A stretch of DNA of 32,000 nt. Source: Gammaproteobacteria bacterium MedPE. Lineage in GTDB: Bacteria; Pseudomonadota; Gammaproteobacteria; Enterobacterales; Psychrobiaceae. The stretch spans positions 1 through 32,000 of the forward strand of contig MPDF01000004.1 in NCBI GenBank assembly GCA_001874365.1, written 5' to 3'. Of this stretch, positions 8,841 through 17,474 are shown one piece after another. Position 1 is the first letter of the stretch; each line of letters begins with the position of its first letter. The notes below the pieces were generated by a model. The model was not told the DNA's origin and did not search any database. It worked only from the letters and a program-made list of their open reading frames with translations. The position numbers and the translations under genes were made by a program.

Positions 8841-8856
8841 AGACGTCTAGAAGTCC
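8841..8856. promoter_or_regulatory. Two tandem MetJ boxes upstream of metC
   Basis: AGACGTCT (8841-8848) matches the met-box consensus 8/8. It abuts AGAAGTCC (8849-8856), which matches 6/8. Both lie 17-32 nt upstream of the metC ATG. Confidence 0.45.
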
Positions 8857-9419
8857 ATTAAACATGAAAGCTAAACAGGATGCACCAAATTATTTAGTTT
8901 ATTTGGCTATAGCTAAGATAGTCTCTGTGAACAAGGGGCGCTGGCGGGAAGACAACCGCATTGTGCTATCCAATCGAGTGCATGTTTCTGATCTGAGAAG
9001 TAGCCAATTTCAAATTATTGTTTATCATCAAGGCCAGAAAGGGGACGTTGAAAACTGACCATTGAATGAATGACTGCCTGCAATGGCAATGATTTCGGTT
9101 TCTAACGTCGCTAATTTTCAATGGCGAACATGGACTGCGACCTCCAAACAGTTATCTAACTAAGGTGCAATTTTTTATTTGTACATTGCAATAAAGTACC
9201 TAGTGAGCATGTGTTCTATGATAACGACGATGGCTTTAGGCATCACGACTCACCAATTACGTGATAAAAAACGTGCTCCGTAAGCAGGAGACAGAATTGT
9301 ATTAACCGTAAGTTACAATCACCAGCAAAATGGTCATGAGATTGGTTTGCTTATGATCAATGATTATTCGATTGACACATGTTAATATGCCGCCAAATTT
9401 TTAGCGGTGTGGAATCAAA

Positions 9420-10181
9420 GTGTCGAATCAACAATTACTTGCGCCAATCTTAGAGTTCTTGCATTGCGAGACCCCAGAGGCTTGGGTAGAAGAAGCAATT
9501 AAACCTGATAACTTACCTGAGTTATTGCTTGATCATTTAATGTGTGAATTAAAAGCTGGCCAGACGGCGATGTTTTTAATGCGAAAATACGCGCTGGATA
9601 AATCAAGTTGTGATGCGGTAATGAAGTGGTTCGAACCTTATGAGCAATACGTCTACAAAAAAGTGGGTTCGATGGAGGCGTTGTCGAAATATAATCCGCC
9701 AATGAAAAAGATTGTGGCCAATAGCGACGATCCTTTTGCGCAAGCGTTAATTGATAAAATGGTGTTGTTGATAAAAGAGGAATTACATCACTTTTATCAG
9801 GTATTAGAAATTATGGAACAACGAGGTATTGAATATCGAAACATTCGTGCGGGTCGTTACGCTAAGGGCATGATGACGCATGTCACTACTCACGAACCTA
9901 ATACCTTAATTGATAAGCTAATTATTGGTGCTTATATTGAGGCGCGTTCATGTGAACGATTCGCCAAAATAGCGCCCTTGTTAGATGATGATTTAAATAA
10001 ATTTTATACATCACTATTGCGCTCTGAAGCTCGTCATTATCAAGATTACTTAGCGTTGGCAAAAATGGTAGCTGGTGAAGATATCAGTGAACGAATTCGT
10101 TTCTTTGGGGAGCAAGAAGCGGCACTTATTCTATCTGAAGATGATGACTTTAAATTTCACAGTGGGATCCCAACGGCTTAA
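9420..10181 (+). CDS. miaE: tRNA-(ms2io6A37)-hydroxylase (non-haem diiron)
   Basis: 253 aa ferritin-like protein with MiaE-type layout and paired diiron ligand motifs (CELKAGQTA, EELHHF, EARSCERF, SEARHY). GTG start as in the track. Confidence 0.85.
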   Translation: MSNQQLLAPILEFLHCETPEAWVEEAIKPDNLPELLLDHLMCELKAGQTAMFLMRKYALDKSSCDAVMKWFEPYEQYVYKKVGSMEALSKYNPPMKKIVANSDDPFAQALIDKMVLLIKEELHHFYQVLEIMEQRGIEYRNIRAGRYAKGMMTHVTTHEPNTLIDKLIIGAYIEARSCERFAKIAPLLDDDLNKFYTSLLRSEARHYQDYLALAKMVAGEDISERIRFFGEQEAALILSEDDDFKFHSGIPTA

Positions 10182-10293
10182 TTTATTGGCATAACCTAGT
10201 TAAAAATAGCTCGTTAAGATTTTAGTTTACTTACCTTAGTGTGGTACTATTTTTTAATACATTTACCTAATTTAAAGATCATAGAATATATAA

Positions 10294-11169
10294 ATGGATT
10301 TTAATCTATTAGTCGAGAAAGTTAATTCATTACCTTCCTTGCCTCAGGCTTATCATAAGTGTTGTCATTTATTGGAGCAGGAAGTAACAGACTCTACTGC
10401 GTTAGCAAAAGTCGTTAGTACTGATCCGGGGATGACGATGGCCGTACTACGTTTGGTAAATAGTGCATTTTACAGCTTACCGCGCAAAATAGAGCGTTTA
10501 GACCATGCCATTTCCATTATTGGACAAAATAAATTTCGTGATCTGATTTTGACGGCCTCTGTTGTCGAAGCAATGTCAAAATTAGCGGGTGGTGAAATTA
10601 ATATGGAAGCGTTTTGGCGCCATAGTGTTCTCACGGGCTTATTAGCAAGGCGTATTGGGCTTTATTGTTATTTGCCTAATAGTGAGCGCTTGCATATTGC
10701 TGGATTACTTCATGATGTGGGACAGTTAATTTACTTTAATTTATTAGGGACTAAAGCGCTAAAAGTATGTGAGCTTGTTTCTAAATTAGGTATAGAGCCA
10801 CATGTTGCTGAACGAAAGGTGCTAGGTTTCACTAGTCATCAAGTTGGCGGCGCTTTATGTAGGGCTTGGAATTTACCTGATTGGTTGACTGAAACCGTTG
10901 AAAATCATCATCAACCAGATAATAGCGAACGATTTGAACAAGAAGCGAGCGTTATTGGTCTGGCTAATCGTCTTACTAGTCAGCATTTCCCTGGTATTAC
11001 GTCACTTGGATCTTTTAATGCGATGGATAAAGTTCAGCATGAGGTAGAGGAGGTTCATACGGGCCTTAATTTATCTAGCGATGACATTGAGTTGGCTACT
11101 GAAGAAGCGTTAGAGCAACTTGATAGTGTTTTGGCGTCTCTGATCCCTGAATTAAGCAGCGTGAATTAA
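10294..11169 (+). CDS. HDOD domain-containing signalling protein
   Basis: Typical HDOD N-terminus (LPSLPQAY...LAKVVSTDPGMTMAVLRLVNSAFYSLPRKIERLDHAISIIG) and a degenerate HD region (GLLHDVGQL). Confidence 0.85.
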   Translation: MDFNLLVEKVNSLPSLPQAYHKCCHLLEQEVTDSTALAKVVSTDPGMTMAVLRLVNSAFYSLPRKIERLDHAISIIGQNKFRDLILTASVVEAMSKLAGGEINMEAFWRHSVLTGLLARRIGLYCYLPNSERLHIAGLLHDVGQLIYFNLLGTKALKVCELVSKLGIEPHVAERKVLGFTSHQVGGALCRAWNLPDWLTETVENHHQPDNSERFEQEASVIGLANRLTSQHFPGITSLGSFNAMDKVQHEVEEVHTGLNLSSDDIELATEEALEQLDSVLASLIPELSSVN

Positions 11170-11276
11170 ATCATTGTATAACGCTGTCACATCGTTAAGC
11201 TCCCTTTGACAAATTTGATTATTTAAATCATTTATCGTTTATAATTTAAAATAACTCGTCGATTTGGAAGACTATC

Positions 11277-11768
11277 TTGAAAAATTTAATCAAAATATTA
11301 TGTGCCGCGACTGTTTTTTTGTCGAGCGCCGCACTAAGTAATGAAAAGAACTTTTGCACAATGCCCGATATTGCGCCGTCTGAAGCTGAAAAAGATGCGA
11401 TGTTTGTAGAAGCGATGTTTGAAGCTGAGTACGTGTTTAAAGGGCGTTTGTTCACATATTACAATGAGAAGTGTGATGATGAGATTTGCGCCTATCAAGG
11501 ACTGGTTTTTCAGGTTTTAGAAGACCTTGAGAATGATACTCCTTCTTATGTAGAAACTAGCTGGCATGAAGATTGTGATCGACTGTGGCTATTTCCAACA
11601 GATTGGCGTGAAGATAAAGAGCAAATGTTTTTTGAAATCAAAAAAGATTATTTGATTTTAGCTAAAGATACGCCGCGAGGTATGGTTGTAATTGGTGCGC
11701 GTAAAGGATTAAAGATAAAAGAGCTTACAATGAAATTTACCCTTGAAAGTTTAGCTAACGATAAATAA
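11277..11768 (+). CDS. Hypothetical secreted protein
   Basis: TTG start 7 nt after GGAAG. Signal-peptide-like N-terminus (KILCAATVFLSSAALS). Followed by a strong terminator. No family recognised. Confidence 0.55.
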   Translation: MKNLIKILCAATVFLSSAALSNEKNFCTMPDIAPSEAEKDAMFVEAMFEAEYVFKGRLFTYYNEKCDDEICAYQGLVFQVLEDLENDTPSYVETSWHEDCDRLWLFPTDWREDKEQMFFEIKKDYLILAKDTPRGMVVIGARKGLKIKELTMKFTLESLANDK

Positions 11769-11781
11769 CTAATGCACCATC

Positions 11782-11814
11782 AAAAAAGGCTGAATAATTA
11801 ATTCAGCCTTTTTT
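11782..11814. terminator. Bidirectional rho-independent terminator
   Basis: AAAAAAGGCTGAAT-aatta-ATTCAGCCTTTTTT, located between convergent genes (stops at 11768 and 11835). Confidence 0.65.
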
Positions 11815-11834
11815 GATTGATAGTGCTTTAATGA

Positions 11835-12233
11835 TTAATCAGTCACTATTCCGCGGTCTGCAAGTGCATTAAACTCATCTTGCTTTTCGCGTTCTTCATC
11901 GGTTTCAACAAAAGATTTGTTGCCGGAATGTGCTTTATCTAATTGTTTGCTTTTGTGTTTACGCATCTGATTTTCTAATTTACTTAGTAGACCATCAATT
12001 GCACTGGTAATGTGTCGGTCTGCCGTTGATGTTGCAAAAATATCGGCACCGGGAATATGGATTTGCGCTTCGGCAATAATTTTATGCGTATCGTGTTTTT
12101 CGGTTGTGAAATTAACATTTACACTCGTAATTTGATCGCTAAATCTTTCTAGACTGGAGATTGACTCTTTTACGTAACTAACAACTTCGTCAGAAACTGA
12201 AACATGTTGACCACTGATGTTTACTTTATACAT
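11835..12233 (-). CDS. raiA: Ribosome-associated translation inhibitor / hibernation factor (S30AE family)
   Basis: MYKVNISGQHVSVSDEVVSYVKE...L.RF....TSVNV.F...K..H..EA.IH..G: the canonical RaiA/HPF fold signature plus an acidic C-terminal tail. Its standalone position (not in an rpoN operon) favours raiA over hpf. Confidence 0.8.
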   Translation of the reverse strand: MYKVNISGQHVSVSDEVVSYVKESISSLERFSDQITSVNVNFTTEKHDTHKIIAEAQIHIPGADIFATSTADRHITSAIDGLLSKLENQMRKHKSKQLDKAHSGNKSFVETDEEREKQDEFNALADRGIVTD

Positions 12234-12581
12234 ATATTTGTGTTCCTTGTGTGGTTTAAATTAAAAACTAACTAAATATCTCCTGTAATATGTGTTGTTG
12301 TATGACTCTATAATTGTCACGTTATATCAAGTGTGTCAATAGCCATTTTTACTAATTGATGATTTATTGTCCGCGCTAAAGTCTTGTTACTGATTTATAT
12401 CAATTATCGTGAATTAGTGGGTTACATCAATAATTTTAAATGGCATAGTGACAGGTTAAATTTGAGCTAATTTGTGCTGAAAATAAGCCGAATATTATAG
12501 TTTGTGCTGTAATTAGGACAATTAAGGGCTATTGTTTTCCAAGCATAACGTAATAGACGGCGCGCTCCCGTAAGGACATTC

Positions 12582-13193
12582 ATGTTTTCTGAGCAAGTTA
12601 TTGCCTGCCACCACTGTGATTTATTAATGACGCCTCCGCAGGTAAAAGAAGGTGAGTGCGCCATTTGTCCTCGTTGCAACCATAAAATTACACGATTGCA
12701 CCATAGCAATATTAATCAGCTGTTGTCTTTTGCTGCAACAGGCTTGATTTTACTCTTTGTAACAACGCAATTTAACTTAATGACTTTTAACCTTGGCGGC
12801 AATGTTAGTCAAATTGACTTGTGGCAAAGTGCTATCAATATGTACTTTGATGATTACAAAGTACTTGCTGTATTAGTTCTGTTTTTTATTTTCGTTTTAC
12901 CTGCTCTAATTCTGTTATTGATCGTTGCATTTATTCTTTCGTTAAAAACTGGCATTGGCTGTTGGGCGCAGACGTCGATGTTACGACTTATATTCGTGAT
13001 GATGCCTTGGGCGATGGTTGAAGTCTTTCTAGTGGGAATCTTAGTAAGTTTGGTTAAATTAGTTACTATCGCGCAAATGGGTCTTGGATGGTCATTTTGG
13101 GCCTATGCAGTTTTTTGTTTTTGCTATGCCAAAGTTTTAACCTTGGTTGATCGCTATCAATTTTGGCACTGGATAGATGAGGCACATCGATGA
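12582..13193 (+). CDS. pqiA: PqiA-family inner-membrane protein, N-terminal-half equivalent
   Basis: Zinc-ribbon-like CHHC...CAICPRC followed by PqiA-type transmembrane segments. About half the length of E. coli PqiA. Confidence 0.85.
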   Translation: MFSEQVIACHHCDLLMTPPQVKEGECAICPRCNHKITRLHHSNINQLLSFAATGLILLFVTTQFNLMTFNLGGNVSQIDLWQSAINMYFDDYKVLAVLVLFFIFVLPALILLLIVAFILSLKTGIGCWAQTSMLRLIFVMMPWAMVEVFLVGILVSLVKLVTIAQMGLGWSFWAYAVFCFCYAKVLTLVDRYQFWHWIDEAHR

Positions 13194-13816
13194 ATGATTA
13201 TTGTCGTCAGTCTGCTGCAAGTCAGCAACTGGCTAATTGCTCTTCATGCAGTTTGGTATCGCCTATTGAATTGGGACAATGCCCCCGTTGTCAAACCCAG
13301 CTTCATTTGAGAAAACCGTTGAGTCTTCAATTAACCATGGCCTATTTAATAACGGCATTGTTGTTATATATTCCTGCCAATTTGTGGCCAATGATGGTTA
13401 CTGAAAAGTTGGGACAGGTTGAATATAATACCATTATTGGCGGTATTATCGTGTTGTGGCAAGATGGTTCTGAACCTATTGCTATTGTCGTTTTTGTGGC
13501 GAGTGTTTTAGTGCCAATAATTAAATTTATCATTTTGTTTATGTTATGTTTTTCGGTATATTTCTCCGGTTTATTATGCCCTGCTAAACGACTGAAGTTG
13601 TATCGATTAACGGAGTTGATTGGTCGCTGGTCAATGGTCGATATCTTTGTTGTTGCTATTTTAGTGGCGTTAATTCAGCTTGAGCAATTATTAAATGTTC
13701 AACCTGGCTCTGGCACTGTCGCCTTCGCCGGAGTTGTAATCTTAACAATGATAGCTGCTAAGTCTTTTGATCCTAGAGTATTGTGGGATGACTTTGATCG
13801 CAAATGCGACCACTGA
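13190..13816 (+). CDS. pqiA: PqiA-family inner-membrane protein, C-terminal-half equivalent
   Basis: Second CSSC...CPRC zinc-ribbon-like motif plus PqiA-type transmembrane segments (RWSMVDIFVVAILVAL). The start overlaps the upstream stop in ATGA (13190-13193). Confidence 0.85.
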   Translation: MNDYCRQSAASQQLANCSSCSLVSPIELGQCPRCQTQLHLRKPLSLQLTMAYLITALLLYIPANLWPMMVTEKLGQVEYNTIIGGIIVLWQDGSEPIAIVVFVASVLVPIIKFIILFMLCFSVYFSGLLCPAKRLKLYRLTELIGRWSMVDIFVVAILVALIQLEQLLNVQPGSGTVAFAGVVILTMIAAKSFDPRVLWDDFDRKCDH

Positions 13817-13854
13817 TGGTCGATAAAATTAATTTATTTGGATGAGAATAAGAA

Positions 13855-15495
13855 ATGAGTGAGACGCAAGCACCACAGCCAATAATGGCGGAGATAAAAA
13901 CTCATAATCGTATTTCGAAAGTGTGGCTGATTCCGTTTTTAGCCTTGGCGATTGCTTCTTGGATGGTTATTGACACCTACGTAAATCGTGGCCCTTCCAT
14001 TACCATTACGTTTGAAACAGCAGAAGGGCTAGTTGCTGGAAAAACTCGTGTTAAAACCTTAGAAGTTGATATTGGTTTTGTGAAGGATGTGAGATTACAG
14101 GGCAATGGTGTTATTGCCCATATTCAGCTTGATCAACAAGTTGCTGATATGTTGACTGAAGATGCTAATTTCTGGGTCGTCAAACCACGTATTGGTAGCG
14201 GTGGTATTTCTGGATTGGGCACTTTAATGTCAGGTTCATACATTGAATTTGTCCCGGGTAATAGCAGTGAATTAAGCACCAGTTACATCGGCTTAGAGCA
14301 AGAGCCAATTACCGCTTTTGGTGTACCGGGTACTCGTCTTGATTTAGTCAGTGAGCAAGGAAATTCCTTGAGTATCGGTGAGCCTGTTTTGTATCGAGGA
14401 TTTGAAGTAGGTCGTGTTGAAAAGTCGACCTTTGATATTGAGAATCGCAGAGTGCATTATCAAATTTTCGTCAAGTCCCCCTACAGTGAGTTATTGACTG
14501 AAAATACCTACTTTTGGAATAGCAGTGGTGTTGATTTTAATGCAACAACGCAAGGTATTAAGGTTAATGTGGGATCACTTGAATCAATTATTAGCGGCGG
14601 TGTTACCTTTGATGTGCCAATTGATTTGCCATTAGGTAATGCCATCAATACTGCGCGACCTCATATTTTGTACCCTGACGCAGATAGCGTATATGAAAGA
14701 AGACAATATCAGGCGAAAGAGTTTATTGTGATGTTTGAGGATTCAATTCGCGGGCTCGATGTTGGGGCACCTGTTGAGTATCGGGGAATTAGAGTGGGTA
14801 CCGTTGCTAAAATTGATAGCACCTTGACGATGAATAGTTTGGCAAGTAATGAACAGCGCATTCCTGTGCTCATTAAATTTGAACCAGCAAGATTAGGTTT
14901 GCCAGATGAACAATCATCGGTTGATTTGATTTCCCAATATTTTGATAAATGGACTGGGCAGGGACTGCGAGCAACATTAAAATCGGGCTCCTTACTTACT
15001 GGTAGTTTGTTTGTTGATTTAGACTATTACACGCTGGATACGCAAGATGAAGCAGAAACGTATCAATCTTGGCCTGTTATGCCGTCGATGGCGGGGTCAT
15101 TAGCGCAAATAGAAGAGAAAGTATTTGATATTCTGGATAAATTTTCATCAATGCCTATTGAAGTAACGGTTGATAACATTAATGAAATGCTTGCTAGCGC
15201 AAACAAGACGATGATCGGGCTCAATGAAGCGGTTACGGATGTGAAAGCATTGATTAACGCGCAAGAGACACAGGCAATTCCTGAATCCGTTAATAAAACA
15301 CTATCGCAACTTAGTAAAACGCTTGAAAGCTATAATCATCAAGCACCAGTATATGGTGAGCTTGAGCAAAGTTTGTCGCAGTTCCAACAATTAATGCGTG
15401 ATATCCAACCATTGATTAAAGAGCTCAATAACAAACCGAATGCGTTAATATTTAAAGGGCAAATGGATGAAGATCCTCAGCCAAAAGGAAAATAG
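13855..15495 (+). CDS. pqiB: Intermembrane transport protein PqiB (three MCE domains plus C-terminal helical needle)
   Basis: N-terminal transmembrane anchor, three repeats of the MCE pattern (e.g. GKTRVKTLEVDIGFV, GEPVLYRGFEVGRV, GAPVEYRGIRVGTV) and a long coiled C-terminal region. Confidence 0.9.
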   Translation: MSETQAPQPIMAEIKTHNRISKVWLIPFLALAIASWMVIDTYVNRGPSITITFETAEGLVAGKTRVKTLEVDIGFVKDVRLQGNGVIAHIQLDQQVADMLTEDANFWVVKPRIGSGGISGLGTLMSGSYIEFVPGNSSELSTSYIGLEQEPITAFGVPGTRLDLVSEQGNSLSIGEPVLYRGFEVGRVEKSTFDIENRRVHYQIFVKSPYSELLTENTYFWNSSGVDFNATTQGIKVNVGSLESIISGGVTFDVPIDLPLGNAINTARPHILYPDADSVYERRQYQAKEFIVMFEDSIRGLDVGAPVEYRGIRVGTVAKIDSTLTMNSLASNEQRIPVLIKFEPARLGLPDEQSSVDLISQYFDKWTGQGLRATLKSGSLLTGSLFVDLDYYTLDTQDEAETYQSWPVMPSMAGSLAQIEEKVFDILDKFSSMPIEVTVDNINEMLASANKTMIGLNEAVTDVKALINAQETQAIPESVNKTLSQLSKTLESYNHQAPVYGELEQSLSQFQQLMRDIQPLIKELNNKPNALIFKGQMDEDPQPKGK

Positions 15496-15499
15496 AATA

Positions 15500-16075
15500 A
15501 TGAACAAAGTGATTTTAAGTTTGTGTTTGTTAATGTTGGCTGGGTGTCAATCTACATCACAGTCAGTCAATGTTTTTCAATTGTCTAAAGGCCCACAACC
15601 GACTCAGGTCGATTTTAGTGCAAAGCAGCTGCTTATTAAACGTATTGCTGTGGTGGATTACCTTAAGCAATCTAGCATAGTGTTTGAGCAAGAAAGCGGT
15701 GAGTTGGTGACGACACGTTATCAATTATGGGCTGAGCCTATTGATAAAGGCATTAGTCGTAGTTTGATTAATGATATTAATAGTTCGCAAGACAGCATTC
15801 GTGCTGACGACCATCACTTCTCTCGTTGTCGATCTGCTTCTGATTGTTATACCGCCGAGCTTTATGTGGAAAAGTTTTATCCTAGCTATGACTCGTCAGT
15901 GACTTTTGCCGGAAAATACAAATTGTATTTAGGTGATAAGTTGATGGCGCAGCATGATTTCAATCTACGTAAAACGTTAAATGAAGACGGCTATGCTCAT
16001 GCGGTTGAATCACTCAACGCATTGATTGCCCAATTAGGTAATACAATGCTTGAACAAGTATCACAACTGCCATAA
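15500..16075 (+). CDS. pqiC: PqiC/YmbA-family outer-membrane lipoprotein
   Basis: I start at ATG 15500 (MNKVILSLCLLMLAGCQS, lipobox LAGC) rather than the track's 15467, which would overlap pqiB. The position after pqiB and the size fit PqiC. Confidence 0.8.
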   Translation: MNKVILSLCLLMLAGCQSTSQSVNVFQLSKGPQPTQVDFSAKQLLIKRIAVVDYLKQSSIVFEQESGELVTTRYQLWAEPIDKGISRSLINDINSSQDSIRADDHHFSRCRSASDCYTAELYVEKFYPSYDSSVTFAGKYKLYLGDKLMAQHDFNLRKTLNEDGYAHAVESLNALIAQLGNTMLEQVSQLP

Positions 16076-16141
16076 TCAGCCAGTGAGATCGTTGAGACAT
16101 TATGTTATTATCGCCGCCAATTTTTTAGTTGAGGGTTAGAC

Positions 16142-16525
16142 ATGTTTATTGTTCGTTGGATCTTAGGTCGTATTATTTTGCTGCTTAATGTCGTTTTTTC
16201 TCCACGTGGTTTAAAGCGCGATGCGCAAACGCAACAACAGGTCGATGAGCAAACACAGTCTCTTACGCTATATCAGTTTGCAGCATGTCCTTTTTGCGTG
16301 AAAGTTCGTCGCCAAATGAAGCGATTGTCACTTAATATTGCATTAAAAGACGCTAAGGTATCGCCACACAAAGAAGAATTATTGGCTGAAGGTGGCTCTC
16401 CCAAAGTTCCTTGTCTACGCATTGAACATGCTAATGGCGATGTTCAATGGATGTATGAATCATCTGATATTAATGAATATCTCACCACGCGTTTCACCGC
16501 GCAGGAGCAAACATGTCAAGGTTAA
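16142..16525 (+). CDS. Glutaredoxin-fold protein with N-terminal hydrophobic segment
   Basis: CPFC active-site motif (LYQFAACPFCVKVR), a downstream VP cis-Pro region (PKVPCL) and a hydrophobic N-terminus (IVRWILGRIILLLNVVF). Confidence 0.7.
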   Translation: MFIVRWILGRIILLLNVVFSPRGLKRDAQTQQQVDEQTQSLTLYQFAACPFCVKVRRQMKRLSLNIALKDAKVSPHKEELLAEGGSPKVPCLRIEHANGDVQWMYESSDINEYLTTRFTAQEQTCQG

Positions 16526-17373
16526 GAGAATCTCGCTTACGTGGCTTAGTTCAATTGGGCCGTGTTAATACCTTATCAGTTGTTAAGGAAGTCGATTTTG
16601 GTTATTACTTAGACGGACAAGATTTAGGCGAAATTTTACTGCCTAATAGTGCGGTTGAATCAATGCTTGAAGTGGGCGATGAAGTTGATGCATTTATTTA
16701 TAAAGATTCAGAAGATCGGTTAATTGCCACGCTTAAAACACCTAAAGCTCAAGTGGGTGAAATTGCTAGCTTACGTGTTAATGCAGTGACAAATATTGGT
16801 GCTTTCCTTGACTGGGGTTTGGAAAAAGAACTGTTAGTGCCATTCGCTGAACAAGCGCAGCGTTTGGAAGAAGGTAAATCGTATTTAGTCTTGTTATATG
16901 TTGATGTGAGTAACCGAATCGTTGCATCGACCAAGCTAGATAAGCGATTACATCGTGAGCCTGTTAATTATGAGTTGCATCAGCAAGTTGAAATTGTCAT
17001 TTGCGACCATACTGACATGGGCTACAAAGCGGCCATTGAAGGTGCTCACTGGGGCGTATTGTATCGCAATGAAGTGTTTAAAGAATTGCGAATTGGTTAT
17101 CGAACTAAAGCGTACATCAATCGTATACGCGATGACGATAAAATTGATTTATTACTGGAAAAACCAGGTTACTCAACTAACGATGAGTTAGGTAACAAAA
17201 TTATTAAATTTCTAAAACAAAATGATGGTTTTAGTCATGTTAGTGATAAGAGTTCACCGGAAATTATTACTCGTTTGTTTGGCGTCAGTAAAAAGAAATT
17301 TAAGCAGTCGATCGGTAATTTATTAAAAGCAGGTGTTATTAGCATTGAAAGTGACGGTATTCGTTTACAGTAA
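16513..17373 (+). CDS. CvfB/YitL-like S1-domain RNA-binding protein
   Basis: N-terminal pattern LGRVNTLSVVKEVDFGYYLDG, repeated S1-like segments and a C-terminal winged-helix-like tail. The start is uncertain; ATG 16513 overlaps the upstream gene by 13 nt. Confidence 0.7.
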   Translation: MSRLRESRLRGLVQLGRVNTLSVVKEVDFGYYLDGQDLGEILLPNSAVESMLEVGDEVDAFIYKDSEDRLIATLKTPKAQVGEIASLRVNAVTNIGAFLDWGLEKELLVPFAEQAQRLEEGKSYLVLLYVDVSNRIVASTKLDKRLHREPVNYELHQQVEIVICDHTDMGYKAAIEGAHWGVLYRNEVFKELRIGYRTKAYINRIRDDDKIDLLLEKPGYSTNDELGNKIIKFLKQNDGFSHVSDKSSPEIITRLFGVSKKKFKQSIGNLLKAGVISIESDGIRLQ

Positions 17374-17392
17374 TTTGCCAATAGTCACAACA

Positions 17393-17428
17393 AGCACCAT
17401 CATAATTTAATGATGGTGCTTTTTTTTT
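17393..17428 (+). terminator. Rho-independent terminator
   Basis: AGCACCATCAT-aattta-ATGATGGTGCT (11-bp perfect stem) followed by T8. Confidence 0.75.
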
Positions 17429-17474
17429 AGATAACGTAAAGTTATTCACTTAACTGAATTTACAAGGAAAACGT

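Noticed and set aside
8864-9058. 64-aa ORF downstream of the MetJ boxes
   Set aside because: It has no RBS and no family resemblance. It begins inside the metC promoter/operator region. I treat the region as non-coding of unknown content (see findings).
11246-11455. 69-aa minus-strand ORF overlapping the start of the 11277-11768 gene
   Set aside because: It is antisense to an ORF that has a signal peptide, an SD and a terminator. It has no supporting features of its own.
12471-12509. Direct repeat TTTGTGCTG at 12471-12479 and 12501-12509, upstream of pqiA
   Set aside because: A single 9-mer recurrence inside a 350-bp AT-rich spacer is roughly what chance allows. I see no dyad or known regulator consensus (such as SoxS or MarA).
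12467-12709. 80-aa minus-strand ORF overlapping the pqiA start
   Set aside because: It overlaps the conserved zinc-ribbon region of pqiA on the opposite strand. Its Trp/Cys-rich composition is odd.
13190-13193. pqiA split interpreted as a frameshifted pseudogene
   Set aside because: Both halves are intact, each with its own CxxC pairs and transmembrane segments. The ATGA overlap is typical of translational coupling. It is kept as a low-interest finding only.
15467-15499. Longer pqiC start (track ORF from 15467)
   Set aside because: It would overlap the pqiB C-terminus by 29 nt. ATG 15500 yields a textbook lipoprotein signal peptide with an LAGC lipobox.
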